From positions 2,550,001 to 2,582,000 of the forward strand of contig JAIZWK010000001.1 of assembly GCA_021498095.1 (NCBI GenBank): a DNA stretch of 32,000 nt, read 5' to 3'. The first letter of the stretch is position 1. Every line of letters starts with the position of its first letter. A program made the position numbers and the translations under genes. This DNA comes from Candidatus Harpocratesius repetitus. GTDB lineage: Archaea; Asgardarchaeota; Lokiarchaeia; Sigyniarchaeales; Promethearchaeaceae. Under the pieces are notes generated by a model. It had not been told where the DNA came from. It worked only from the letters and a program-made list of their open reading frames with translations, and made no database searches. Below, one piece after another: positions 17,468 through 27,273 of this stretch.

Positions 17468-18730
17468 ATGAAAAAACACGGCAAAAAAATTATTTTAGTG
17501 CTGGTATTGCTGGGTTTATTAGGTGTTTTGGGAATTTCAGGCAATATTCCTAACTCAAATACCAGCCAACCTAATAGAATGCGAAAAACAAATACAGTTA
17601 ATATTTTAGAACCTGGTTCCACCGCCGTCCACTCTCCCATATTTATCGATGGGGATGATCCTGCAAACGATTGGGATGATTGCGATGCGGTGACGGGCAG
17701 TGGAACATTTTCAGACCCGTATGTGATAGAGAATTTAGAGATCGATGCGGGAGGGGTCGGTTCTGGTATATTCATTCGGAATTCGACCGCCTACTTGAAA
17801 ATTGAGAACTGCACGTTGACGAATGGTGGTTCAAATCCGCCAGATTCAGGGATTAGAATTGAGAATTGTGAAAATATCAATATATCAAACTGCATCGTTA
17901 GAGATAACGATTATTTTGGAATTTCCCTATATTATTCTTTCAATAACACGCTCATTGGTAATACGGTAGTAAATAACTCTGGTAGAGGAATTAACCTGTA
18001 TGGTTCTGATTCAAACACGCTCACGGGTAATACAGTTGCCAATATCTCGTGGGATGGAATTTTCATATGCCATTCTAATTCAAACACACTCACGGGCAAT
18101 ACGGTTGCAAATAACTCATTCGTTGGGATTACCCTATGGTTATATTCTTCCAACAACACGCTCACGGGCAATACGATTGCAAATAATTTACGTGAAGGAA
18201 TTTTACAATTATATTCTGATTCAAACACGCTCACGGATAATCGGGTTACAAATAACTCCGGTGATGGAATTTTCCTATGGAATTCTGATTCAAACAGGCT
18301 AACGGGTAATTGGATTGCAAATAACTCGAATGATGGAATTTATTTAGAAAATTCAGAGAGTAATCAAATATTAGAAAATCTCATTCAATCCAACTTAATC
18401 GGCATAGAAATAAACGCCACTGACACTGACTTAATAATATCCAACCAGATCTTGAATAACTGGATTCTGGAAAATATTAATGGTTATATTTTTGTAAATG
18501 GTATTGAAGCCAAAGACAATTATCCGGATAATAATTATGCTAACGCACCAGACTATACAGACTTTACAGACGATACCATAGATACTGACGATGTTTCTCA
18601 AAATCAGCCGAGTAGATCCATAAGGAGCGGAAGCTGGATCTCTTTGGCTTTGATAGGATTTGTCACCGTTGGAGTAATAGAAGTCAAATTAATCAAAAAG
18701 CGTAAGAAACATGGTAATTTGCCCAATTAA
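17468..18730 (+). CDS. Membrane-anchored right-handed beta-helix (NosD/CASH-like) surface protein, short copy
   Basis: Signal peptide, PYVIENLEID, 23-aa repeats (SDSNTLTGNxVANNxxxGIxL), acidic linker, C-terminal TM + KKRKK. Confidence 0.9.
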   Translation: MKKHGKKIILVLVLLGLLGVLGISGNIPNSNTSQPNRMRKTNTVNILEPGSTAVHSPIFIDGDDPANDWDDCDAVTGSGTFSDPYVIENLEIDAGGVGSGIFIRNSTAYLKIENCTLTNGGSNPPDSGIRIENCENINISNCIVRDNDYFGISLYYSFNNTLIGNTVVNNSGRGINLYGSDSNTLTGNTVANISWDGIFICHSNSNTLTGNTVANNSFVGITLWLYSSNNTLTGNTIANNLREGILQLYSDSNTLTDNRVTNNSGDGIFLWNSDSNRLTGNWIANNSNDGIYLENSESNQILENLIQSNLIGIEINATDTDLIISNQILNNWILENINGYIFVNGIEAKDNYPDNNYANAPDYTDFTDDTIDTDDVSQNQPSRSIRSGSWISLALIGFVTVGVIEVKLIKKRKKHGNLPN

Positions 18731-18778
18731 CTCTCAGTTTTTAATATTTTTATTATTTGTAAATACAGTTTTTTTATC

Positions 18779-18921
18779 CAATCTTTAAGGTTATATTTTT
18801 AATTCATAAAAAATAACCCCTTTTTTCTTTTTGTAAAAACCTTAAATTATCCATGATATTATTTCTTATAATTTTTAAGATCATGTTTGATATGTGTAAT
18901 ACTCTTGAATGAAAATATAAA
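18779..18921 (-). mobile_element. One-ended remnant of an ISH3-like IS (3' end of transposase + TIR)
   Basis: caatctttaaggttat matches the TIR at 27990 (15/16). The minus strand encodes DNLRFLQKEKRGYF, similar to the transposase end ENVWFLQKEKRRLF. Confidence 0.8.
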
Positions 18922-19182
18922 ATCGAAACGATGAGTCGATACTGCTTAAATTTTACAATATAATTTCCGACTAAAAGTAATTTGGTGTTCGGCATATCCT
19001 ATTTCTGATGCAACCTACAATTCATATAATACCGCTTGGTTTTTGGCATCTATTATTCAATTGAAATAGTAGCAGTTTATACTGAAAACTTTATATTTAT
19101 CGCTGTCGAACATTATCGTAACAAAATTCAGGCAATTTTTCGAAATTGTGAATTCTTCTACAAAGTAATAGATGGAACCAAC

Positions 19183-21786
19183 ATGAAAAATCAAGGCAAA
19201 AAAATTATTTTGGCGCTGGTATTACTGGGTTTATTATGTGCTTTGGGAATTTCAGACAATATTCCTAACGCAAATATCAGCCAACCTAATGGAATGCGAA
19301 AAACAAATAAAGTTAATATTTTGGAACCTGGTTCCGCCGCCGTCCACTCCCCCATATTTATTGATGGGGATGATCTTGCAAACGATTGGGATGACTGTGA
19401 TGCGGTGACGGGCAGTGGAACATTTGCAGACCCGTACGTGATAGAGGATCTAGAGATCGATGCGGGAGGGGTCGGTTCTGGTATATTCATTCGGAATTCG
19501 ACCGCCTACTTGAAAATTGAGAACTGCACATTGACGAATTGTGGTTCAAATCCGCTAGATTCAGGGATTAGAATTAAGTACTGTGAAAATATCAATATAT
19601 CAAACTGCATCGTTAGAGATAATGATAATATTGGAATTTTCCTATCTGATTCTGATTCAAACACGCTCACGGGCAATTTGATTGCCAATAACTCGTGGGA
19701 TGGAATTGTCCTATGGTATTCTGATTCAAACACGTTCGCAAGGAATGAATTTGAAAATAATGGATTATTTATCCGTGGATCGTATAATAATTCCATCGAT
19801 CAATCCAACACCGTGAATGGAAAAATCCTGGCTTATTTCGAAAATAAAGTCGGTTTGGAAATTGATGGCGATTTCTTGAATGTTGGGCAGTTAATTTTGA
19901 TTAATTGCTCCCACTCGTTGGTTAAAAACCTTCACATAGAAAATATGTACACAGGCATCTACTTGTATTCTTCTTCCAACAACACGCTCACGAACAATAC
20001 GGTTGCAAATAACTCCGGTGAAGGAATTTATTTAGAGGAATCTGATTCAAACACGCTCACGGGGAATATAGTTGCAAATAACTCGAATGATGGGATTTAC
20101 CTATGGTTTTCTGATTCAATCACGCTCACGGGGAATATAGTTGCAAATAACTCAGATGATGGAATTTACATATGGCAGTCTGATTCAAACACGCTCACGG
20201 GTAATACGGTCGCAAATAGCTCTGGTGAAGGAATTCACCTATATGGTTCTGATTTAAACACGCTCACGAGTAATACGGTTGCAAATAACTTGCATGATGG
20301 AATTTCCCTATTTTTTTCTTCTAACAACACGCTCACGGGGAATGAATTTGAAAATAATGGATTGCATATCTATGACTCGTATAATAATTCCATCGATCAA
20401 TCCAACACCGTGAATGGAAAAATCCTGGCTTATTACGAAAATGAAGTCGGTTTGGAAATTGACGGTGATTTCTTGAATGTCGGGCAGTTATTTTTGATTA
20501 ATTGCTCCCACTCGTTGGTTAAAAACCTTCACATAGAAAATGTGTACACGGGCATCTACCTGTATTCTTCTTCCAAAAACACGCTCACGAACAATACGGT
20601 TGCAAATAACTTGCATGAAGGAATTTACCTAAGTGGATCTGATTCAAACACGCTCACGGGGAATATAGTTACAAATAACTCGGATGATGGAATTTACCTA
20701 AGTGGATCTGATTCAAACACGCTCACGGGGAATATAGTTACAAATAACTCGGATGATGGAATTTACCTAAGTGGATCTGATTCAAACACGCTCACGAACA
20801 ATACGGTTGCAAATAACTCGGATGATGGAATTTCCCTAATTGGATCTGATTCAAACACGCTTACGGGGAATATAGTTGCAAATAACTCGAATGATGGGAT
20901 TTACCTATGGTTTTCTGATTCAATCACGCTCACGGGGAATATAGTTGCAAATAACTCAGATGATGGAATTTACATATGGCAGTCTGATTCAAACACGCTC
21001 ACGGGTAATACGGTCGCAAATAGCTCTGGTGAAGGAATTCACCTATATGGTTCTGATTTAAACACGCTCACGGGCAATACGGTTGCCAATATCTCGTGGG
21101 ATGGAATTTTCCTATGGTATTCTGATTCAAACACGTTCACGGGCAATACGGTTGCCAATATCTCGTGGAATGGAATTACCCTATGGGGTTATTCTTCCAA
21201 CAACACGTTCACGGGCAATACGATTGCAAATAATTTACGTGAAGGAATTTTACAATTATATTCTGATTCAAACACGTTCACGGGGAATATAGTTGCAAAT
21301 AACTCGGATAATGGAATTTACCTATATGATTCTGATTCAAACACGTTCACGAGGAATATAGTTGCAAATAACTCGGATGATGGAATTTATTTAGAAAATT
21401 CAGAGAGTAATCAAATATTAGAAAATCTCATTCAATCCAACTTAATCGGCATAGAAATAAACGCCACTGACACTGACTTAATAATATCTAACCAGATCTT
21501 GAATAACTGGATTCTGGAAAATATTAATGGTTATATTTTTGTAAATGGTATTGAAGCCAAAGACAATTATCCGGATAATAATTATGCTAACGCACCAGAT
21601 GATACAGATGATACAGATGATATAGACGATATAGACGATATAGACGATACCATAGATACTGACGATGCTTCTCAAAATCAGCCGAGTAGATCTATAAGCG
21701 GCGGAAGCTGGAACTCTTTGGCTTTGATAGGAATTGTCACCGTTGGAGTTATAGAGGTCAAAATAATCAAAAAGCGTAAGAAATAG
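19183..21786 (+). CDS. Membrane-anchored beta-helix surface protein, long copy (867 aa; start 19183 rather than 19036)
   Basis: Same termini as 17468..18730. ATG 19183 aligns with the ATG of copy 1 (aaccaacATG) and opens the signal peptide. Confidence 0.9.
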   Translation: MKNQGKKIILALVLLGLLCALGISDNIPNANISQPNGMRKTNKVNILEPGSAAVHSPIFIDGDDLANDWDDCDAVTGSGTFADPYVIEDLEIDAGGVGSGIFIRNSTAYLKIENCTLTNCGSNPLDSGIRIKYCENINISNCIVRDNDNIGIFLSDSDSNTLTGNLIANNSWDGIVLWYSDSNTFARNEFENNGLFIRGSYNNSIDQSNTVNGKILAYFENKVGLEIDGDFLNVGQLILINCSHSLVKNLHIENMYTGIYLYSSSNNTLTNNTVANNSGEGIYLEESDSNTLTGNIVANNSNDGIYLWFSDSITLTGNIVANNSDDGIYIWQSDSNTLTGNTVANSSGEGIHLYGSDLNTLTSNTVANNLHDGISLFFSSNNTLTGNEFENNGLHIYDSYNNSIDQSNTVNGKILAYYENEVGLEIDGDFLNVGQLFLINCSHSLVKNLHIENVYTGIYLYSSSKNTLTNNTVANNLHEGIYLSGSDSNTLTGNIVTNNSDDGIYLSGSDSNTLTGNIVTNNSDDGIYLSGSDSNTLTNNTVANNSDDGISLIGSDSNTLTGNIVANNSNDGIYLWFSDSITLTGNIVANNSDDGIYIWQSDSNTLTGNTVANSSGEGIHLYGSDLNTLTGNTVANISWDGIFLWYSDSNTFTGNTVANISWNGITLWGYSSNNTFTGNTIANNLREGILQLYSDSNTFTGNIVANNSDNGIYLYDSDSNTFTRNIVANNSDDGIYLENSESNQILENLIQSNLIGIEINATDTDLIISNQILNNWILENINGYIFVNGIEAKDNYPDNNYANAPDDTDDTDDIDDIDDIDDTIDTDDASQNQPSRSISGGSWNSLALIGIVTVGVIEVKIIKKRKK
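21598..21651 (+). repeat. 9-bp in-frame tandem repeat (DDT/DDI) in the acidic stalk
   Basis: gatgataca x2, gatgatata, gacgatata x2, gacgatacc; the corresponding region is shorter in copy 1. Confidence 0.85.
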
Positions 21787-21852
21787 GGTAATTTGCCCAA
21801 TTAACTCTCAGTTTTTAATATTTGTATTACTTGAAAATACCTTTTTTTTATC

Positions 21853-22289
21853 CAGTCTTTAAGAGGTTATAGCAGAATTCGAAAAATTGAAGAAAATTCG
21901 GAAATCTTGCATCATTTATCCATAAACTCCAAATCTATCCCAATTTTAAAATTGTCGAAAAATCGTTTAAGAAAAATATATATAATTAAGTCAATAATTC
22001 AAGGAAAAATGATGGAAATGTGAAATTCTTGACCGCATTTAAGGGTTTAAAAATACCGACTAAAATTGTAATTGGATGCGCAGGAGTATTGTCGAAAATA
22101 TTGGCCCAAAAGATAGAATTTGATTAAGATAAAAAAAATTGCTAGAGCCTCTTAAGGTTATATTTTTAATTCATAAAAAATAACCCCCTTTTTTCTTTTT
22201 GTAAAAACCATAAATTATCCATGATGATATTTCTTATAATTTTTAAGATCATATTAGATATGTGTAATACTCCTGGATGAAAATATAAA
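21853..22289 (-). mobile_element. Second ISH3-like end remnant, interrupted by a MITE inside its TIR
   Basis: Removing 21863-22155 restores cagtctttaaggttat (16/16 to 27990-28005). Encodes DNLWFLQKEKRGYF. Confidence 0.8.
21863..22151. mobile_element. 289-bp MITE-like element with TTAA target duplication
   Basis: Ends gaggttatagca / tgctagagcctc (10/12 inverted match); TTAA at 21859-62 and 22152-55. Confidence 0.8.
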
Positions 22290-22394
22290 GGAGATATTCT
22301 AAGAAAAAGGATTGTTTATAAAAGTCAGATAAAAAAGGATGAATCAAAAAACCATTCTTCTATAAAAAAATATCTTAAGTTAAGCTATTAGGAA

Positions 22395-24971
22395 TTACGG
22401 AAGAAAATTCGCTTTTTTAATAGACCAATATAAATTCCATCCTTTTTCAGTAAATAAGAAGGAGGTTTTTTCTTTAATCAAAAATCCTTTATTTAATAAT
22501 TGCTTTACCATTTCTCTATATGTAGATTTGCTTAATGAAGGATTTCCTACAATAACATTCTTAATTATCACATTATCAGTAAATTTACCTTTGTATCGCC
22601 CAGATTCACGTTTCTGCATAAATTGGCAAAGACCACAGATTTCTTCTTGGAAGGGCTTAAGAAATGGATAATTATTTAACCAAGATTCAAGAGGTGTATG
22701 TTCTGCTTTTTCTCCTTGTTCTGCTTTTTCTACTTTTTCTGACTGTTTAAGCGCGTTTTCTGATGAAGATATCGGTTGCTTTTGTATTTGATTTTGCAAA
22801 TTTAATAATCGTTGTGGAGTTGATTCGGTTATGTCATCTACTATTGGAGCATTAGCTTGTTGGTGTTCAATATAATTTGGAATAAATGATGACAAAACAG
22901 CTTTTTGATTTGTTAAGATCTGATTTTGGAGTGGCTCTGAATCATAAAAATGTTTTATTTCAATGTCTTCTCTTACTGGAAAATTCACAACTTCTCGAAT
23001 AAGACTTTCAGGTTTTTGATTGAGGATTATTTCTAAAGCATTATATACTAGATTTTCATGTTCTAAACTCAAAGGAGTCCCTGTAATTTCATTAAACAAT
23101 ACCAGAAAATAGAGATACTTTATCTGATTTGCATTCAAAGTTGGAGTACGTATCCTATTAGGGTATTTTTTTCTTAGTAATTCAACTCTTTGCATCGCAG
23201 TAGGACTTAATCCTTTTCCTGTAATAATAAAATATAAAAAGTCAGTGTGACCTTTTTCAAAAAGAGTAAGTGAAGATTCAATGTGCTTAAGTATAACGTA
23301 ACTGTTTTTTTCATAAACTTTAACTTGAAATTCGATTACACGTTGATAGTTTTGTCCCATGGATTCATTAAGTTTGATTACTACATCTGGTCGATGACTA
23401 TGATTATCAATTTTTATCACTGGATTATTTTCGACCTTAGAAATCTGCGTTATTCGTGAATTCATTAATATTCTCCATGAATTTTCTAAAGCAGATTCCA
23501 CTGAAGCAGAACGTAAAGAATTAGTTTTGAATCGTCCTGGTTTTTCAAATTCTTGAGTGATTAAATTCCACTCGAATTTCCTAATTGAATCCAATTTCCA
23601 ATCAGTATTCATAAATTGTCGAATATTTCGCATAGAATCGAATTTGCTGCGATAACATGGAATTATTTTTGTTACTTTAAATGTCCTCCATATATCTCGT
23701 AAAAGATGAATCGCTAAGCGTAAATCATTATTTTTAAAACGATAGGCATATTCAAATGTATTTTTTGAGAATGGATAAAAAGGAGCAGAAGCAAGGCGAA
23801 TATGTTGAAACCGATTCCAAAATTGATTCATTCGATTTTGAAAAATTAAACTAACATCATCGATGGTAAGAGGTGTTAAGACCATTTTTTCCATAAAATC
23901 AGAAATTTGGTTATTTAGATCAGTATATTTCAATAAAACTCGATCATATTGTGCCCAATCTTCAGTGGTTGAAATAAAAACAAATAGCGTAAAATCTAAT
24001 TTATTTCGTAATGCCACAAAAAGATTTCCAAGTTGATGATAGAAGGCATCTTGACCTATGTGATCGGATTTTGCAATTTCGTCAATCCCAACTAGTAAAA
24101 TTGGTTGCTTTTTTGTAACACAAATACAAAATCTTAATAAAGAATTAAAGAAAGCAATTAGTTCATCATCAGTAGGAAATAAAGTGCTATCTGCACTATT
24201 TACTTTCTCGAGATAATCATCAAGTTCATCAAGAGATCGAAAAAGTTCGACTATTGTGGAAGTATCTCTGCGAGAAATATTATAAGGATGATTGTTAATT
24301 TTTGTATTAAATTTTGGTCGAATTCGACGAGCATTTTGCTTAAAATATTCTTGAAGTTGAGGTATTACCTTTTTGGGATTGTTCATTATTGGATCGATAA
24401 TATCTTTTAAGCCAACATAATTCAAGTTAATGATTGGAATATTTCCATCCCAAATTATTTGACCTACTTCAGATGGGTTTTCTTTTAATAAGAATAAAAT
24501 AATATTCAAAGCGACATATTCAGGGAATCCTATATCTTCAGAAAGTTCAGTAGCAATAGTTCCAACTAATGTCTCAAATAAGGGTCTAAAGATATTTCTA
24601 TATTCCAAAATTTGATCTTGAATTTCAAAATAAGCTGTGATAATATCTGTATCCATAGTAATAAATTCTGAATATCCCCCTTTTTTAGTGCGTTCTTGCT
24701 CGATCGATTGTTTCAAATAGTTAAAAAGGGTAGATTTTCCAACTCCTGCAGGACCTTCCAATCTTACTGCTTTACTTTTTCCAAATTGAACAACAGAGTT
24801 GATATATGATTTAAAATATGTTAGTTCGTTTTTTCGCCCAACAAAATCTGTAATTTCTTGTCCACGTTTATAACTAGCTAATGCAAATGGCTCATATGAA
24901 GAAGAAAATATTAACTCGTTAAGACTTTTTTGTTTATTTTTGTCAGGCCAATCGATCTTTTTTTGCCACAT
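22395..24971 (-). CDS. P-loop AAA-type ATPase + putative PD-(D/E)xK nuclease + C-terminal winged-helix-like domain
   Basis: FVGRKNEL, LEGPAGVGKST (Walker A), LVGIDE (Walker B), RPDVVI...VIEFQVK (PD...ExxK-like), low-complexity linker, then a ~100-aa terminal domain. Confidence 0.75.
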   Translation of the reverse strand: MWQKKIDWPDKNKQKSLNELIFSSSYEPFALASYKRGQEITDFVGRKNELTYFKSYINSVVQFGKSKAVRLEGPAGVGKSTLFNYLKQSIEQERTKKGGYSEFITMDTDIITAYFEIQDQILEYRNIFRPLFETLVGTIATELSEDIGFPEYVALNIILFLLKENPSEVGQIIWDGNIPIINLNYVGLKDIIDPIMNNPKKVIPQLQEYFKQNARRIRPKFNTKINNHPYNISRRDTSTIVELFRSLDELDDYLEKVNSADSTLFPTDDELIAFFNSLLRFCICVTKKQPILLVGIDEIAKSDHIGQDAFYHQLGNLFVALRNKLDFTLFVFISTTEDWAQYDRVLLKYTDLNNQISDFMEKMVLTPLTIDDVSLIFQNRMNQFWNRFQHIRLASAPFYPFSKNTFEYAYRFKNNDLRLAIHLLRDIWRTFKVTKIIPCYRSKFDSMRNIRQFMNTDWKLDSIRKFEWNLITQEFEKPGRFKTNSLRSASVESALENSWRILMNSRITQISKVENNPVIKIDNHSHRPDVVIKLNESMGQNYQRVIEFQVKVYEKNSYVILKHIESSLTLFEKGHTDFLYFIITGKGLSPTAMQRVELLRKKYPNRIRTPTLNANQIKYLYFLVLFNEITGTPLSLEHENLVYNALEIILNQKPESLIREVVNFPVREDIEIKHFYDSEPLQNQILTNQKAVLSSFIPNYIEHQQANAPIVDDITESTPQRLLNLQNQIQKQPISSSENALKQSEKVEKAEQGEKAEHTPLESWLNNYPFLKPFQEEICGLCQFMQKRESGRYKGKFTDNVIIKNVIVGNPSLSKSTYREMVKQLLNKGFLIKEKTSFLFTEKGWNLYWSIKKANFLP

Positions 24972-24990
24972 TTTTTATTCCCATTTTAGC

Positions 24991-25050
24991 AATTTTGAAA
25001 CATTTTGAAACATTTTGCAACGTTTTGCAACATTATGCAACATTATGCAA
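24991..25050. repeat. Intergenic 10-bp tandem array (6 units)
   Basis: aattttgaaa cattttgaaa cattttgcaa cgttttgcaa cattatgcaa cattatgcaa. Confidence 0.9.
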
Positions 25051-25065
25051 TTTGATTCCTTAAAT

Positions 25066-25656
25066 TTAGCGAACTCTACTTACTCTCCCAATATATCCTC
25101 CAATTTTTTGTTTAGATCGACCTTCTGATACCATTATTTTTTCATCATCAACTAAATCCAATATTGCCTGTTCAATAAGAGATTTTGAAATATTTTTCAA
25201 TTCTGGTTGATCTAAAAGGTTATCAATGGTAATTCCACTTTCTCTTGGAATTAAAGTCAATAATAATGGTTCTAGTGCCATATTACGGTTTAAGTTTGCA
25301 GTAGATTCTGAAAAAACTGAGTTGAGTTTATCTTCAATTTTATTAATTCGGGTAAACAATGTACGAATTTGATTTTCTATAATATTGATTTTATTAATTA
25401 TTTGGCGATTACTTGTCAAAGATTGATTGTAAGAAGTTCTTTTCTTCTTAACAAAAGACTTTTTTGTAGAACTAGTCTTTTTTTGCATATAAGCAGAAAC
25501 TAGTTTTTCACATTGCTTCGTTGATAGCAGTGTTTGTAATTTTTTGATTATTTCTTGTTTACTTCGTCCTGTTGCATGAAGATTATTACTTTTGACAAAA
25601 TCACGCAATTCAGAAATTTTCCATTGATTCAATTGAGTAAATGAAAATTGTGTCAT
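25066..25656 (-). CDS. SAP/HeH-like DNA-binding domain + coiled coil + probable winged helix
   Basis: LNQWKISELRDFVKSNNLHATGRSKQEIIKKL fits the SAP consensus. ITIDNLL...IEQAILDLVDDEKI is wHTH-like. Confidence 0.7.
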   Translation of the reverse strand: MTQFSFTQLNQWKISELRDFVKSNNLHATGRSKQEIIKKLQTLLSTKQCEKLVSAYMQKKTSSTKKSFVKKKRTSYNQSLTSNRQIINKINIIENQIRTLFTRINKIEDKLNSVFSESTANLNRNMALEPLLLTLIPRESGITIDNLLDQPELKNISKSLIEQAILDLVDDEKIMVSEGRSKQKIGGYIGRVSRVR

Positions 25657-25699
25657 TTCTTTTCTTCTTTGAACATTTATTATTAAATTGATGATTGAA

Positions 25700-25713
25700 T
25701 TATATAAAGTTTA
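25700..25713 (-). promoter_or_regulatory. Probable TATA box for the SAP/ATPase pair
   Basis: Minus strand AAAC-TTTATATAA about 45 nt upstream of ATG 25656. Confidence 0.5.
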
Positions 25714-26246
25714 ATATATTTTACCTTTTTGAAAAGATGATTTTACAAAACCTGATAGATTTTCATCAAAAAATTTGTTGATTTTTACAATTAAAATTAA
25801 GTTGATATAGACGAATGGAATTGAGGGTATTTTAAATTTCAAAGAATCGAAGTTTTTCATTCCTTCATCTTAATTCTCCCGGCTCAAATCTAATATATCC
25901 TTCCTTATTTTTTGTCGATTTTACCAAGGTGCCAAATTTAAGATATGTAATTCAAAAATTATAATAGAATCGACTTCAGATTGAAGAATTTATAAACAGG
26001 ATGGTAAATATTTAACAAATTCTTTGAAAAAATCGAGTTCGACAAAAAAAGAATTGCGATATTTCAGATTTAAGTTGGATATATATAAATGATATTCAAA
26101 AAAGCGTTTAAATTAAAAAAGATAAAATATCCTCAATTAACTGTTTATCATGGATCTTGATTTAGTTATGATAAATTATAAAGAAATATTTCTAAAGACA
26201 GAATTGTATAATTACTTATTTAACCTCATAATTAGCATTGTTATGT

Positions 26247-27152
26247 ATGAACAATGGTTCTAACTCCCACCACGATCTGGCGACCCTTTTAGATCTTTTA
26301 TCCCTGAAAGGACAGAAAGCGAAACTCTTCAGCGAGATTTTACGTCATCCAGGTATAAGGGCCCCTCGCTTAAGTGAGTTAACCAACATTCCTCAAAATA
26401 AAGTATATCAATTGCTGGATGATCTTTCTGCAAGGAAATTGATAATGATTGCAGAAACTCATCCAAAGAAGTATTGGCCATGTGATTTAAACGGAATTTT
26501 GGCAGATAAAAAAGCACATTTTACAAAAAAAGTGTCAGAATTCGATACTATGCAAACGAAAATTGCAGATCTCATGCAGACGCTTCAATTTGAATCAGAA
26601 GAAATGGATCAGCGAAAGCATCCCCCATTTATCACCAGTTATGATCTGGTTGTGGGTTCACCTACTCAGATATTTCAAGAATTAAACTCTTATATTATTC
26701 AAGCGCGGAAAACACTCCATTTTTTTGGAGATTGGAATTTATATGTTGTTGGGGTGAAAGAGGGTGTTACAGATACAATTGAACAATTACTGAAATGTTA
26801 TCCAATTCAAATTTCTCAGATAATCGTATTTAATGAAGATTTACTAATGAATTTACCACAGCAACAAATTCAATTTATTCAATCACGTGATGGAAAAATG
26901 AAAAACCGCATTAATTACTATATGATCAATCGTTCAGCGCTACGGTATGGTTTTGTAATTATTGATTCACTTTTGATCGGCTTTTTTTTCGAGAATCCGT
27001 TGTTACGAACATTTTGTTTGGGTTTATTTTTGGAATCTCGTCATATCTGTAATGAATTTCTCAAAATGTTTAGAACTACAAATGAAAAAGCACATAAATC
27101 ATTCCAAGAAATGCTCCAGTATCATCCTGAATTAATGAAAAAATTGATATAG
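26247..27152 (+). CDS. TrmB-family transcriptional regulator (track start 26238; first ATG 26247)
   Basis: LSELTNIPQNKVYQLLDDL...KLI...PKKY TrmB HTH, plus a C-terminal PLD-like effector domain. Confidence 0.85.
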   Translation: MNNGSNSHHDLATLLDLLSLKGQKAKLFSEILRHPGIRAPRLSELTNIPQNKVYQLLDDLSARKLIMIAETHPKKYWPCDLNGILADKKAHFTKKVSEFDTMQTKIADLMQTLQFESEEMDQRKHPPFITSYDLVVGSPTQIFQELNSYIIQARKTLHFFGDWNLYVVGVKEGVTDTIEQLLKCYPIQISQIIVFNEDLLMNLPQQQIQFIQSRDGKMKNRINYYMINRSALRYGFVIIDSLLIGFFFENPLLRTFCLGLFLESRHICNEFLKMFRTTNEKAHKSFQEMLQYHPELMKKLI

Positions 27153-27273
27153 CTATATCATATATTTTTACCATTTTCAACTTTTTAAAGTACCACCTTT
27201 AGGGGGTGATATTTTTATTACTTAAATTGATGTGGGTGAACATTAATATACACCAACAATAGGAGCGTATCAA

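Larger units (their letters stand above)
17214..22289 (+). repeat. Tandem segmental duplication: unit 1 ~17214-18928, unit 2 ~18929-22289
   Basis: Both units share a ~255-bp upstream region starting cgatgagtcgatactgc, the gene ends, the 3' spacer and an IS-end remnant ending gaaaatataaa. Confidence 0.9.

Noticed and set aside
18804-18995. 63-aa ORF as an independent gene
   Set aside because: Chimera of duplicated spacer DNA and the 3' end of an IS transposase.
19036-19182. 49-codon N-terminal extension of the long beta-helix gene
   Set aside because: It corresponds to the non-coding upstream region of copy 1; the signal peptide starts at 19183.
17413-21675. ORFs 17413, 17932, 18000, 19191, 19506, 21083 and 21478
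   Set aside because: Shadows of the repetitive beta-helix genes.
17468-21786. Diversity-generating retroelement (VR/TR pair)
   Set aside because: No reverse transcriptase in the window, and differences between repeats are not restricted to adenines; block duplication explains them better.
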